Shown here one piece after another: positions 51,622 through 62,272 of a stretch of 64,000 nucleotides of DNA; the stretch's first letter is position 1; each line of letters starts with the position of its first letter. The stretch comes from Klebsormidium nitens (lineage: Eukaryota; Plantae; Klebsormidiophyceae), in contig DF236974.1 of the NCBI GenBank assembly GCA_000708835.1, forward strand, positions 298,626-362,625, given 5' to 3'. Made by a program: the position numbers and the translations under genes. A model generated the notes under the pieces. The model saw nothing but the letters and a program-made list of their open reading frames with translations. It searched no databases and was not told the origin of the DNA.

Positions 51622-52689
51622 TCATTTCCTTTCATAGGTAACCATTGCTGTCCCCCAGTCGTGCAACATGCGATTTGCTAACTGCTTCCTTTCAGCGATT
51701 GGGTGATCATTCACGAAATGTTCACTGATGTAAAGGTGCCTAAGATGGTTTTGGTTCAAGTGTTTGCCTGTAGGGAACGTTATCGATGCCATAAATTTTG
51801 TAAGGTAATTATCTGACATGGCTTCTGTTGTATTTCCCAACCGAGAGAGACAAAAACCTCGAGGAACGAGCTCGATGGATCTTTTGATGTAGTTGCTGAG
51901 TCTCTGGCTGAGCTCAAATTCGCCTGTTCCGTAGCGCCTACATGTCTTATAGGTCTTGAGTACAAGCACAAATTCACCACTTGTGCTTTCACGAAGGCAG
52001 TTCCCGGTCTCCTTATATGTTTCTTTGGCTTCGTCGCAGTAGAAACTACCGTCAGCTTTCTGAAGAGGGAGACCGCTGAGATCCCTTCTCTTAGGTGGCT
52101 CTAGGATATTGAACGCAAGCAGTAGGTGCTGAAACACTACTTTCACGTCGTCTCGGCTGAGATTTGCATCGTTTTGTTTCGAGTTTGGCATAATCTTTCT
52201 CCGGATGTGTCTGTTGAGCTCTTTCGCTTTGCTTTTGAGCTCGTCCATAGAGATCCAGTTTGCAGCTTCTTTCTCCGTTGCCTTCTGTTCACTGGCCTTC
52301 TTCTCTAAAGCCACCTTCTTCTCGGTGAAGGCTTTGAAATAAGTCTTGTATGTAGCGTCCCATTTCTTCTCGTGAGCCACGACCATCAGAGGTGTCAACT
52401 TATTCTTGTAGGTGCCAGGGTTGGGGTACTTTGCGTTAAGTTTTTCGAGTATAGAAGCAGTATCTTTAATCCAATCCAATGTGGAAGGCAAAACGTTGCC
52501 TCCTATCACAAGGTGATAGATTAGTCGTACACTATTCAGGTATTGGCAGATCGTAATTTCAGCCCGCTTTCCATCCTGAAACAGGTTGCGTAAAGCTGCC
52601 TCACCTGATGATATCGTTCGCTGTACATCCCCTTGATTGTTGGAAGTCGATTCCGTGCTCGATTGAACGGATGCTTTTGAGTCCATCAC
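51622..52689 (-). CDS. Tyrosine recombinase/integrase resembling those of Polinton-like viruses and virophages (OLV11-like); intact
   Basis: 355 aa, intronless. PPKRRD (R), YKTCRRYG (K), NHLRHLYIS (R), MLH..TAMVTYERK (H, Y), preceded by a helical core-binding region. Confidence 0.82.
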   Translation of the reverse strand: MMDSKASVQSSTESTSNNQGDVQRTISSGEAALRNLFQDGKRAEITICQYLNSVRLIYHLVIGGNVLPSTLDWIKDTASILEKLNAKYPNPGTYKNKLTPLMVVAHEKKWDATYKTYFKAFTEKKVALEKKASEQKATEKEAANWISMDELKSKAKELNRHIRRKIMPNSKQNDANLSRDDVKVVFQHLLLAFNILEPPKRRDLSGLPLQKADGSFYCDEAKETYKETGNCLRESTSGEFVLVLKTYKTCRRYGTGEFELSQRLSNYIKRSIELVPRGFCLSRLGNTTEAMSDNYLTKFMASITFPTGKHLNQNHLRHLYISEHFVNDHPIAERKQLANRMLHDWGTAMVTYERK

Positions 52690-53205
52690 TACCTTATACT
52701 ACAGAGACCCATTTTAATTCTGAGATTAAAACGAGGCGCATTCTTGAGATGCGTCCCCTAGGGAATCGTATTCTGGAATTTTCTGCTGCCCAGAGCAAAC
52801 AGCTTGGAATTGGTCTATCGACCACTGCCTCATATGACCTTACCACCTGAGGTGGCCTTCATTCCAGAATTAAAACTCTGGAGCCGCAAATTTTCCCAAC
52901 ATGCGGTCAAAATGGCAAAAGCTCCCAGCAAAAGTTTGCTCCCGGGGTCCCAAATTTGGTGTTAATTCGTACGAAATAGGAATTTGCCTTCTAGAATAGT
53001 GACTGGCACAGTTCAACTTTTCAAAGTGCTTCATGTAGACAAGAACATGCCTATATAGGGGCAACTTCTGATAATCATTTGTCAACAATCCTGCCGAGTC
53101 AACGAGACAACCAAAGTGCTTCAGGGGGGCAACCTCTTAAGTAGGCAGCATGATGCATTTTCGTACCTCCTTTATTATCTCACGTTACATCATACAGCTG
53201 CCTAA

Positions 53206-53799
53206 ATGGAGATTGCCTTCTCAAAAAGAAGCTTCAAGGTGCTACTCGCGCTTGACCATACCAAATCGGATGCTTCGAGCCTTTTCGAAGACACTCGTCT
53301 CGAAATTGATGCTGAAAAGGGGCGTGTTTCGCAAGCAGGCACACGCGCGGGTAGCCAGCTATTCAGGGCACTCAAGTGTACTAACGGTACAGCCATCAAA
53401 GCCCTCTGCAACGGTGTCTATGTCCTATTACAGGAAACGACTAGAGGTTCGGCTAAAAAGGAATTTGGATACGAAGTCATGATCTCTCGAGTCAAAAAGT
53501 GTGAACGACCTGTTGGCCTTCCTTTCGAGGGAACCTTCTCAACGGCAGCAAATAAGATACCGGTCGATGAGCTTGTTGAGATGCACGCTTCCGCATCGAA
53601 GGCAAAGAAGAAACAAGAGAGCACGAACAAATGCAAAGCCTCGAGCAAGGCTGCAAAGCAGACTTTCAAGAGGAAGTCAACTGATAAAGGTAAGGTGAAA
53701 CGATCAGCTACTACATGCACCTTAAAAGCCACTGGAAAAGCTCGGGGCAGCAAGGCAACAACGTTCAGGTGTGTTGCAGTCGATAGCGATGAAGATTGA
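53206..53799 (+). CDS. Orphan ORF, 197 aa, with a Lys-rich C-terminal tail
   Basis: ATG-initiated ORF divergent from the recombinase, first of three tightly packed + strand ORFs. Confidence 0.5.
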   Translation: MEIAFSKRSFKVLLALDHTKSDASSLFEDTRLEIDAEKGRVSQAGTRAGSQLFRALKCTNGTAIKALCNGVYVLLQETTRGSAKKEFGYEVMISRVKKCERPVGLPFEGTFSTAANKIPVDELVEMHASASKAKKKQESTNKCKASSKAAKQTFKRKSTDKGKVKRSATTCTLKATGKARGSKATTFRCVAVDSDED

Positions 53800-53855
53800 G
53801 AGACAGAAGCCTAACAGTATAGACCTATTTTTCTTTTCATAAACAAAAATATAAA

Positions 53856-54206
53856 ATGGAGCGGGGCTTTACGTACTATGTGCCGAAGCAGTTAAATCCC
53901 CGTTTGTACAGCTTGCTGCCGTTGATCGATGAGATAGAGAGCTTTGGACCCGTTTGCTATGAAGGCCTCGTGGATGAAGGCCTCAGACTTCCAGTCGACA
54001 TGAGTTTGCTACGGAAGGGCGTTTTACTTTTTGTGTACCAACTCTGTAATGACGACCTCGTTGACTCATGGGACGATGTATTCAGCATAATGACAGCAGG
54101 TTTAACATATCATGAACCGGGCTCGTATTCCGAGGAGGAGGCAGCGCTTCTACTGTCAATGGCAAAGAGGATTCTCAAGATATGCAAAGAAGCGGAAGAC
54201 ATCTGA
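53856..54206 (+). CDS. Orphan acidic ORF, 116 aa
   Basis: ATG preceded by AAAAATATAAA; compact virus-like spacing to its neighbours. Confidence 0.5.
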   Translation: MERGFTYYVPKQLNPRLYSLLPLIDEIESFGPVCYEGLVDEGLRLPVDMSLLRKGVLLFVYQLCNDDLVDSWDDVFSIMTAGLTYHEPGSYSEEEAALLLSMAKRILKICKEAEDI

Positions 54207-54682
54207 GTTGGCCGTTGAGATGTGCGTTAATGTGTTTGAAGAAACAAAGCTCTGTATATGAGAATGACATCAACCATCTCGAGAAGATGGATCTCGGCAC
54301 TGACTTCAGCATCATACGCCTTGTGCACTGTAGCATGTGTGACAAGAAGCACCGAGTTGTTCAAAACGCATTGCTTCCAACCGAGTCGGAGATTCCTCTA
54401 TCATCAGAGGGCGTGCCGAGGTGCAAATCATGCCCAGAAGCGCTACAATTGAGAAGGCAAGATTTCTACAGATGCAACAGATAGCGTTTGCTTGAGCAGA
54501 AGAAAGTATGGTATCGAAAACGAAAGCAAGTGCTCCTGCTTCAAGACGCTGCAAAGCGCCTGCGAACCGGGAGAACTCAAAAACCTCATGCGAGCACTAT
54601 CTCAAAGCTAAAGAACGCAGGCGTTGAGTTCGACTTTTACAATAGGATTGTATGCATGAAGGCCGCCACCTCGAATGCATAA
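54182..54682 (+). pseudogene. Zn-finger + basic-motif ORF with an in-frame TAG at 54482-54484
   Basis: CSMC..CKSC, then FYRCNR*RLLEQKKVWYRKRK..GRTQKPHASTISKL in the same frame. Confidence 0.5.
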
Positions 54683-54797
54683 GACAAGATAAGCTTTCGA
54701 AGCCTTATCTAAGCCAAATCCTCAAACATAAGTGACAACGTTCTAAGGTTCGGACAAGCTGTGTACAAGATCCTGCAGACCAAACTTATCGGGTCAC

Positions 54798-57700
54798 CTA
54801 CTCTGCTTCATAATGACTTTCAATGGCGACGAACACCTGTGGCCTCTTACCAAAGTCGTCTATAGATTCCCGTTTCTTCTTTATGAAACCCTTCTTTGCC
54901 ATCCTATCAGCTAAGCTTTCAACGCTAATTGTGAGCTCTCCTGAGGCTGCTTTATAATCGTTGAGAAACCCCGCAGCGTTGCCTCTGAGCGCTGGACCCC
55001 TCTTGCAGTGTTCGTCAATGAACTGCTGCAGCTTGTCGTTCTTTGCGAGATACTGGTCCAAGTTCACCGCGACAGAGGGAGGAACAACCCCAAGCGACAT
55101 CCCCTGACCGGAGAACTTTACGGCCCCTCTGACCAACCAGGAGAGAAGCTGCTCAAGCGTCTCCTCCTCTTGCATCCTTGCCTTCAACCCTCCATCCAAA
55201 GGGCGGTGCCGAGAGTTGTTCGAGTCAAACTTTTCCCGACTTACGTAGAGGTTGGGAAAGTCAAACACAAGCAGCCGACGGTTTATAGCTGGGTCGGTTA
55301 CGTCTTGAAATTTAGGGGGGTGGTTTGTCATAAGGACAGGTAGGTTCATTAGGGGAAAGGTCTCCGTTTGGCCGTAAGGTGCACGCGCAGAGATCAGCCC
55401 TCCCCCAGTTGTCGCTTTCACTGAAGCCGCATCGAGCTCTTCCTCTTCAGCAGTCTCATCAGTGATGCTCAGGCGAAGCCCTTTCGGTGCGTGCATGTGA
55501 GGAGTTGGAGCGCCCTTTGAAACTGGTCTCTGCCCGGCCGTTTTCACCACCACGTCCTTGGACATAACACCGCAGTATGGGCCAAAAGTCTTCTCCAGCA
55601 TCTCTTTTGTGACGCCCTTTCCATTGCCTGCACGAACAGTAGAGGAGTCCTATGAGCATTTTGCAGAATCCAACCGTACCTAAGCTGAACCAGAGCCCGG
55701 AGGTGGGAGCTTCCAAAAAGATCCACCTTCAATGGTATGGAAGACTTTCGGCTCTTGTGACCAGTGCCAAACCTTCATAGGACCAACATGTCCAATCGAA
55801 GGGCAGAAAAATCATGTCCGACATGTCCGACCAGTAGCAAGACTTTTTGAAGCATCTGGACGGCAAGGGCTAGACTGAGCTCTCAGGACTTGAGTCCAAC
55901 ATGTGCGACAAGGAACAAGACTTTTCATGTGCGACATGTCCGATCAGAAGCAAGACTCTCTCTTCAAGAGCATCATCGTACGTTGAAACTGTTGTCCCAG
56001 TGACGCTTCGTACTCTAGACTATTTCTCTAGGATTGAAGCGGTGCTGACACACCAAGTCTGGAGGCAAAGAAAAAGCAGGGCACCGTAGGCAGGCAACTC
56101 ACCGCCCAATCCAACCAAGAACACGATCTTCTCGCAAGCAACGGACCCAGTGACGCCGTACCCAAGAACAAGCTGGAGAGTCCAAATGACTTCCTCGTCT
56201 CCGTTGAAGACATCGTTGAAGAAGTCGTCAATCCGAGGGGAGGGAAGATCGAGGCCCTGCGGTCGACTTGAATAGTGTTATTTCCTCTTAGATTGGAGAA
56301 GCGTGCCGTGCGCACGTCACTTGTGAACGAGTTCGCAGATGCAGGCATTTGGTCATGTCCGACATGTCCGACCAAAAGCAAGACTTTTCTCGAGCGTCAT
56401 GTCCGACATGTCCGACCAAAAGCAAGACTTTTCGACAGTAATCGACAAGGTTGGATCCAGGAGCACGCCGGAGATTTACCCGGTAATATGTGTTTGCAAG
56501 CTTGCTGCACATGTATTGGGGGCGATGGATGTCCAGCTTGCCAGTGCGCAAGTCGATTACTCCATTGTTGACGTTGAGGATGTTAGGATCGCTGTCGAGC
56601 TCGTTGAGAAAGGTGCTCGAAAACATCTCTCCTTTCGTAACCCTTAATGTGTCCTCTGCAGCGCGCCTGTTGTTGTAGTCACGAAGTTGCCTAAGCCTCC
56701 GCTCAATTTCGGCTACCTTCCCCTTGTCAGTTGCGCGCTTCAACTCTTTTTGCAGATCGTTCCTGACTCGGTCTATCACCGTGCTCAACTGATGCATGAG
56801 GATGTATAGCACCTGGACGTCTAAAGCTTTCTCGTACACCTTTCCAGTCCAGATGAAGAAGCCTGCGGGAGTGTTCACAATCCTGGAAAAGAGAGCGTGA
56901 ACGAATGATTCAGGATGATTTACAAAGGTCTTGAACGGTCATGTCCGAGATTAACGACCTGAATCAAGACTTTCTCAACTGAACCTTTCATGTCCGAGAT
57001 GTCCGACCAGAGTCGGGGGCTTTCTCAAGGGTTCTGAATGATACATGTCTGACATGTCCCACGAAGAACAGGGGCTTTTCAAAACGGCTTTACTCTAGCC
57101 CCCCTTGGCTTAAGCAGTCTCTGAATATTCAAGTCTTCAGGCATCCTCGAACATCCGATTCAGAAAAGCCATGCTCAAAAGCCACCTCTGCACGACCAAT
57201 CGCACAAATATAACGGAGGAGTGGAAGCAGCTTGAGCAACTTTAGTCGTGTGCCTACCTTTTACAGAATGAGCACATGTATGAGAAGATCCGGCTGCCGC
57301 CCTTGTCTCCTTGAAACGCCCAGAAGTCCACGAGCTCCTTCGTAACACACCCGTAGATAGCTTCATCTCGATCAGCATCAACCGGCTTGACAGAAGCTTC
57401 ACCCTGGGCACAACTCAAGACGCCAATCTGCTTCCGTGGCCTGATGATGGTGCACTCTGGAGAGTTGCACACGTACTCGAGTCTGCTGCCCTTCACTTGG
57501 ACGCAAAAGTTGTTTGACCCCTGATGTTGATGGCCATAAGGGCACGTACGTTCCCCTTGGACCCGAAAGACGTACAGGTTGCCCTTCCGCTTGTCAAAAC
57601 GCGAAGTACTGTCGCCGCATGCCGCAAGGCAGCTTTTGATCTGCTGAAGCACTGCAGCATCTGGCTCTTCACCAAAGACCCCCGCAACATCGGTGGGCGG

Positions 57701-58837
57701 TTGGTGAGCGCTCACCCTCTTGCTCAACACAGCGATAGTCCTGCACCATGAAGGAACTTATTGTCAAACGTGCAATCATTGAGCTGATTTTACAAAATGG
57801 AGGAGAATTGGTCTGTATCCGTGCACCCAGAAGTAAGTCAAAGCGAGCTTGTTGATCTGAATCCTGACGGTCGGAAGAAGCCTAGGCGTTGATGTCATCT
57901 GTCTGCTGAGGAACGCTTCTCTTCACTGAAAGTACCGGTCAGTTTCAATTTTGAATGTTTAGAATTGGAGAAATGGCGATCAGTCAGCTAGGTTGATTCT
58001 GACCCAGGCTGTGAGGCAACTTCTTCCACATGCTGAAGGCTTAAAAACTCACCCTACAGCCGCATCACTCCGGTTGAGGATGTCAATCAACCAGTTCGTC
58101 ATGGCCCTCAGGTTGCTACGATCCGCTGCAATCTCCTACTCCCACCGGTAAGCTCTCACTGTCTCTCCATCCCGCCCTATGTACTTGCTGGGCGAAATGA
58201 AGCAGATGCCCCCATTGCCGCGCACATCGATCCCCACTTGGCACCCCCCACACGAAATCTTTTCCCTGTTGTTGCAGTTCAGCAACCCCGCTGCGCTCGA
58301 CTCTGAAAGGCTGGAGAAGAGATGCAGACCGCCGTTGCCCGTCCTCTCTCTGGGAGTGTCTTTTGGCAGCGCACCATGGGCGGTGACCATTTCCTCAAAT
58401 GCCTTCAAGCCGTTGTCTTTCATGTCAATGTCGAGAACGAGAACGTCCGACTGGCTGCCCGTGATGATTGCGAGGCACGGTGCTCCTGGGCGGACGAAGT
58501 CTGAAAGGCAGTTGTCGAGAGTGCAGCCCTTCCAGCCGGCGGAAAACTGGGGGAACTTCTTCTCTTTACCGTCCTTCATTTCGGTGTTGATGTGAAGCGT
58601 GACAGACGCTACACCCAAGTCGAACAGACGTTGCGCAGCAGCCAGACAGATGTCCGCAGGAGGCTGGCTAGGCAGGTTGCCAGTGACCTGCACAGAAGCA
58701 ACACGGTTTTGAGCGAAGCATGAACATGTAGGCCTCATGCGACTGGCAAGGGGTGGACTTTTGGCGCCGGCATAGCTGCGCAGGATCTGTGTAAGGGCGC
58801 AGCAGAAGATCACCGAGTAACGCTTTAATGTGCTCAA
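54798..58837 (-). pseudogene. Primase-helicase B: Prim-Pol + Zn finger + D5_N + D5/P4-type SF3 helicase; four GT-AG introns, one premature stop
   Basis: Exons ~58837-58051, 57740-57258, 56882-56480, 56256-56103, 55627-54798 join in frame. VLDID, RTGNGGLHLF, IDVRGNGG, CPYGHQH..EYVCNSPEC, ILNVNNGVIDLRTG; Walker A GLGG|NGKG is split by intron 4; TGGGLISARAPY, MTNHPP, RRLLVFDF. TAG at 58138-58136. Confidence 0.85.
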
Positions 58838-58967
58838 CGAGCTTGATGGAGATTAGAGGTCCTTTCGGCTGTACATGGTTAATCAGCAGCTTGTATGTTT
58901 GGTCTTGTTAATCGACGTACCTTGCATAACCAAGCGACGGCAACCAAGAGAGATTTCTGATTGCGAA

Positions 58968-59793
58968 GGCGTCAAAATGCAAAAGAAAAAGTCCTGTTGT
59001 AGGCCGGACATCTTGGACATGAGCATCTTCTGATCAGCTGCCGAAAGACCTTTACCGATTCAAGAGAGGAAGTAAAAGTGACCTGGGAGGAAAGCCTCCG
59101 TCAGCTTAAAAACGCTTCAGCAAGATTGACAAGTTACAACTGCCCGCCCAGGCTGCGCCAAGTCTGCAGACGTTTGAATTTCGTTCACAACCTCGTCCTC
59201 AGTCTTGGCAGTGGCCACAGCCAGTTGGGCACGAGGCGTGCCTTGGACCTGCGAACACAAAGAGCGTCTTCGGATGAACAGGCAGTTACATTTGGAGAGT
59301 TTTCCTTCCACCGATTGGAAGGCTTCCATACGCTTCCTTCTGCCTGCCTGTTCTCAGTAGACCAGAGAGTTGCGAGCTTAAGAAGGGTCTCGCCGAAGAC
59401 GTCAGATTGAAAAATTCACGTTTCAGGCCGGACATCCTGGACATGAACCTGTGTCGATCAGCGTCAGCGCAATCGGCGATATATCGAAGGAATTTAGCAG
59501 AAGACGTGAGAGGCACTCATTGCTTAACGGCACTCTGACCGTCAAACAGCTGCGCTCAAGGTCCTCCTCGAAAACATAAGAAGCTTTCACTTACGACAAG
59601 CTTGGGGTGCGTCGACATTGCAGGACATGTCCAAGCATCCTCCTCCCGCTGAAGGCCCACAGACATCTGAGGCCTCAAAGAGAAATCCTTTTCAACCGGG
59701 GCTGCCGCCTGACTGCACCTCAAATGCTGATCTTATTTTCAAAGACGTCAGATTGAAAAACTCGTGTTTCTAGGCCGGACATCTTGGACATGA
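58968..59793 (+). repeat. Three spaced ~50-bp direct repeats upstream of primase-helicase B
   Basis: GACGTCAGATTGAAAAA..GTTTC(T)AGGCCGGACATCYTGGACATGA at 59398 and 59744; a more diverged copy at ~58968-59022. Confidence 0.8.
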
Positions 59794-60336
59794 GCAACAT
59801 AAAGATTGGCAAAAAGAAAAGTCATGTATTGAGTCAGACATCTCTGACATGGACCCTCCTCCCAAACAGTCCATGGGCACAGTGAGAGAGAACCTGAGAG
59901 TTGGAAGAGACTCGAAACTGACATTCTTTGGCTGCTTCAGCTGCTTCGTTATCGAGTTGCATTCAAGGGAAGGTTTACTTACAGGAGACTTGATCTGTGC
60001 CACAACCGGAGAAGAAATTGCAACCTGAACTTGCTGTGTGCACGGAAGCTTGTGATCCTGCAATCAACAACAAAGGCGCCTCATCAGAACGATTGGCCGT
60101 TGCGAGCGAAGATTGCAAGTGCTCCCAGGTCCACAAACAAGCAATTCAAATTCAGAAATGATACAATTGAAACATTCGGCGAGACTACCTCCAGAGCGAC
60201 TTGAGATGGCGCCTGAAGGTGGTTGGAGAACTCTTCTCGCATTTTCCGTTGCCTTGCTTCAAACTCGCTGCGCAGAAGTGTTTGACGAGCAAGCGCATCA
60301 GGGATCAGAGAGACCTGCCAAGCAGAAAGAAGTCTG

Positions 60337-61730
60337 TCAGAACAATGAGTTGGAACTAAGCAAGTGGTCCAATGCGCTGTATTGAATCTCTGTGATGGTC
60401 AGAAGCGATCGCGACAAACAAGCCTCCCCTCTCTGGAAAGAGGCCTGACCCCTGTGTATCCTTGAAATCTCAACAAGCTGACCAAAGGGCTGTTGCATGC
60501 TCACCTGAGGCACTGTAAGCAGTGACGGCTGCAGAGGTGAAAGGACTGGACCACCCCCTTCCGCAGACTGGCCGGCTTCAGAGCTAGCAGTCCCACCGTT
60601 GGAAGAACTTGTGCTGTTGAGGAGGACTTTTTGCCGCTTAGCATGGCGCTGAAAACGGCCAGGCGAGAGCGACATGTCCCCCACGTCTTGGCTCAGTTGT
60701 GCAAGGCTGCCGTCGTTGTGGTCTCCATTCAGGCCCGCCGACATCTCACCCTCTTCCCAAATGAGGGACTGCGACGAAGAAATGCATCCATCCAGATCCG
60801 AGTCCTTGATGTGTTGGATAATTGACGCCTGATGCCATTTACAAGTGCAGAACGAAGCAGAAGCTACTTTGTCAAGCCCCTGACCTGAGTATCAGCAGGT
60901 GCATGCTACCTGGGCCCCTCTTTTCAAGCAAGCTGACCTGGTCAATGACAACTCGTGCAACGACTCTCCCTGATCACTGCCATCAGAGGACTTCTCGTCA
61001 TACTCTGCGTTTTGAACGTCTTGTCCCTCCCCTTCGCTGGAGGTGGTGTCTGCATCAGACGACATCTGTTCACACAGTGAAAAGGAGATGCTTTTAGAGA
61101 GTGCAAACTGCAACCGAACTTGTCTGCTCATGACAAGTCCAAGCAGAAACACCCCCATGACTGAAACAACCCTTGACTCACATCGTTTTTCCACTTGCGA
61201 TCTTTCAATCTGCCGAGCACACCAAGAATGAACTACCATAAAAAGCCCTGAGGCTCAGTCTGAATCTCCAGATGACTTTTGCAGACTTATGTAACCTCCC
61301 TCACTCGAAACCGCTGAAAACACCACCACCAGCCAAGCAATATCTTACTTATGCGAAGTCGATTGGAGGCGGCGCACTTGCAGATTCCCAATCGGCCAGC
61401 GATCTAAGCCAAGAGTGCACCCTCCCTCAAGCGCTGCGCTCACCTCTTGCACCCTGTTGGCGCTCGGAGCAAGCCGCTTTTCAAAAAGCCCTTGGCAGGG
61501 ATCAGGCAGTCAGCTCAAGCATCTGCCGGCGCTGCGCAGCTGGAAGATGTACGGTGTGCCCTGCTGGCACACTTTGGCAGTTGTCCGATTGAGACGCTGC
61601 TGTATGCAGGTTGCTTCTGAAGAGAGGAAAAGAGGATGCCGAGCTGGAAGATTTAGGAGAAGCTAATAGAAAGACAGTGCTGGGGGACTAAGAGAATGAA
61701 GGTGGCAGGTCTTCTTTCATACCTCTGGGC
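60337..61730 (-). CDS. Possible spliced low-complexity/coiled-coil gene divergent from the Harbinger transposase (candidate accessory ORF)
   Basis: Exon-like pieces with splice signals (QMSSDADTT..KRGAQ|GT; ..LLTVPQ|GTGAG; LVEISRIHRG..NSLF*). No Myb/SANT motif could be identified. Confidence 0.25.
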
Positions 61731-62272
61731 AACTGGCCTGGCAAAGAATGTGCGATTGAAGGCGGACAAGCTGGACATCAATACTAGGAGGGCTTCAGGC
61801 TCAGATGCGGTGGTTGTTTGCAGTTGAGCGATTCCTACATGCGGGTTCCGGGGCCGAGCTCTCTCTGAAGAGAGAATCTTACTCCAGACGTCTGAGCGAG
61901 CTCCAACTCAGCTGTTGCAGTAAGGCCCTCGTTACATTGGCGGCGGACGGCAGAACAATAAACAAATGCTCAAAAGGGTGGAACTTGGCCGGAAGTGCCG
62001 AAAGTCTCCAAAACGTTGCAGTTCCGCCGTCCGGAAATGTAACGACACCGAGGCACAGCCGACGGCCCAACAATTCAGAATGCCACGGTGGCAGGCAAAC
62101 CCCTAAACCCCTGTCCGCGAAAACCTTGAATCTGGCGCCAAATTGCCACCAGGGGTTTTCAAATGAGGGTCCAAACATCTGTACCTCAAGAATGCCCCAA
62201 GGCAGTGGACGCTTCTTTCTGTGAGGAGCCAAAGTTGCTCTTAGAGGAGGAAGACTTGACTGGGGAGCTGAT

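Noticed and set aside
53206-54682. Fanzor/TnpB or other RNA-guided nuclease
   Set aside because: The ORFs are too short and lack RuvC motifs.
48698-60300. Complete Polinton, PLV or virophage
   Set aside because: No recognisable capsid, packaging ATPase, protease, pPolB or long TIRs; a highly diverged capsid cannot be fully excluded without profile searches.
62097-62110. Telomeric repeat or telo-box (also CCCTAA-like runs near 9.0 and 35.1 kb)
   Set aside because: Fewer than two full units; expected by chance.
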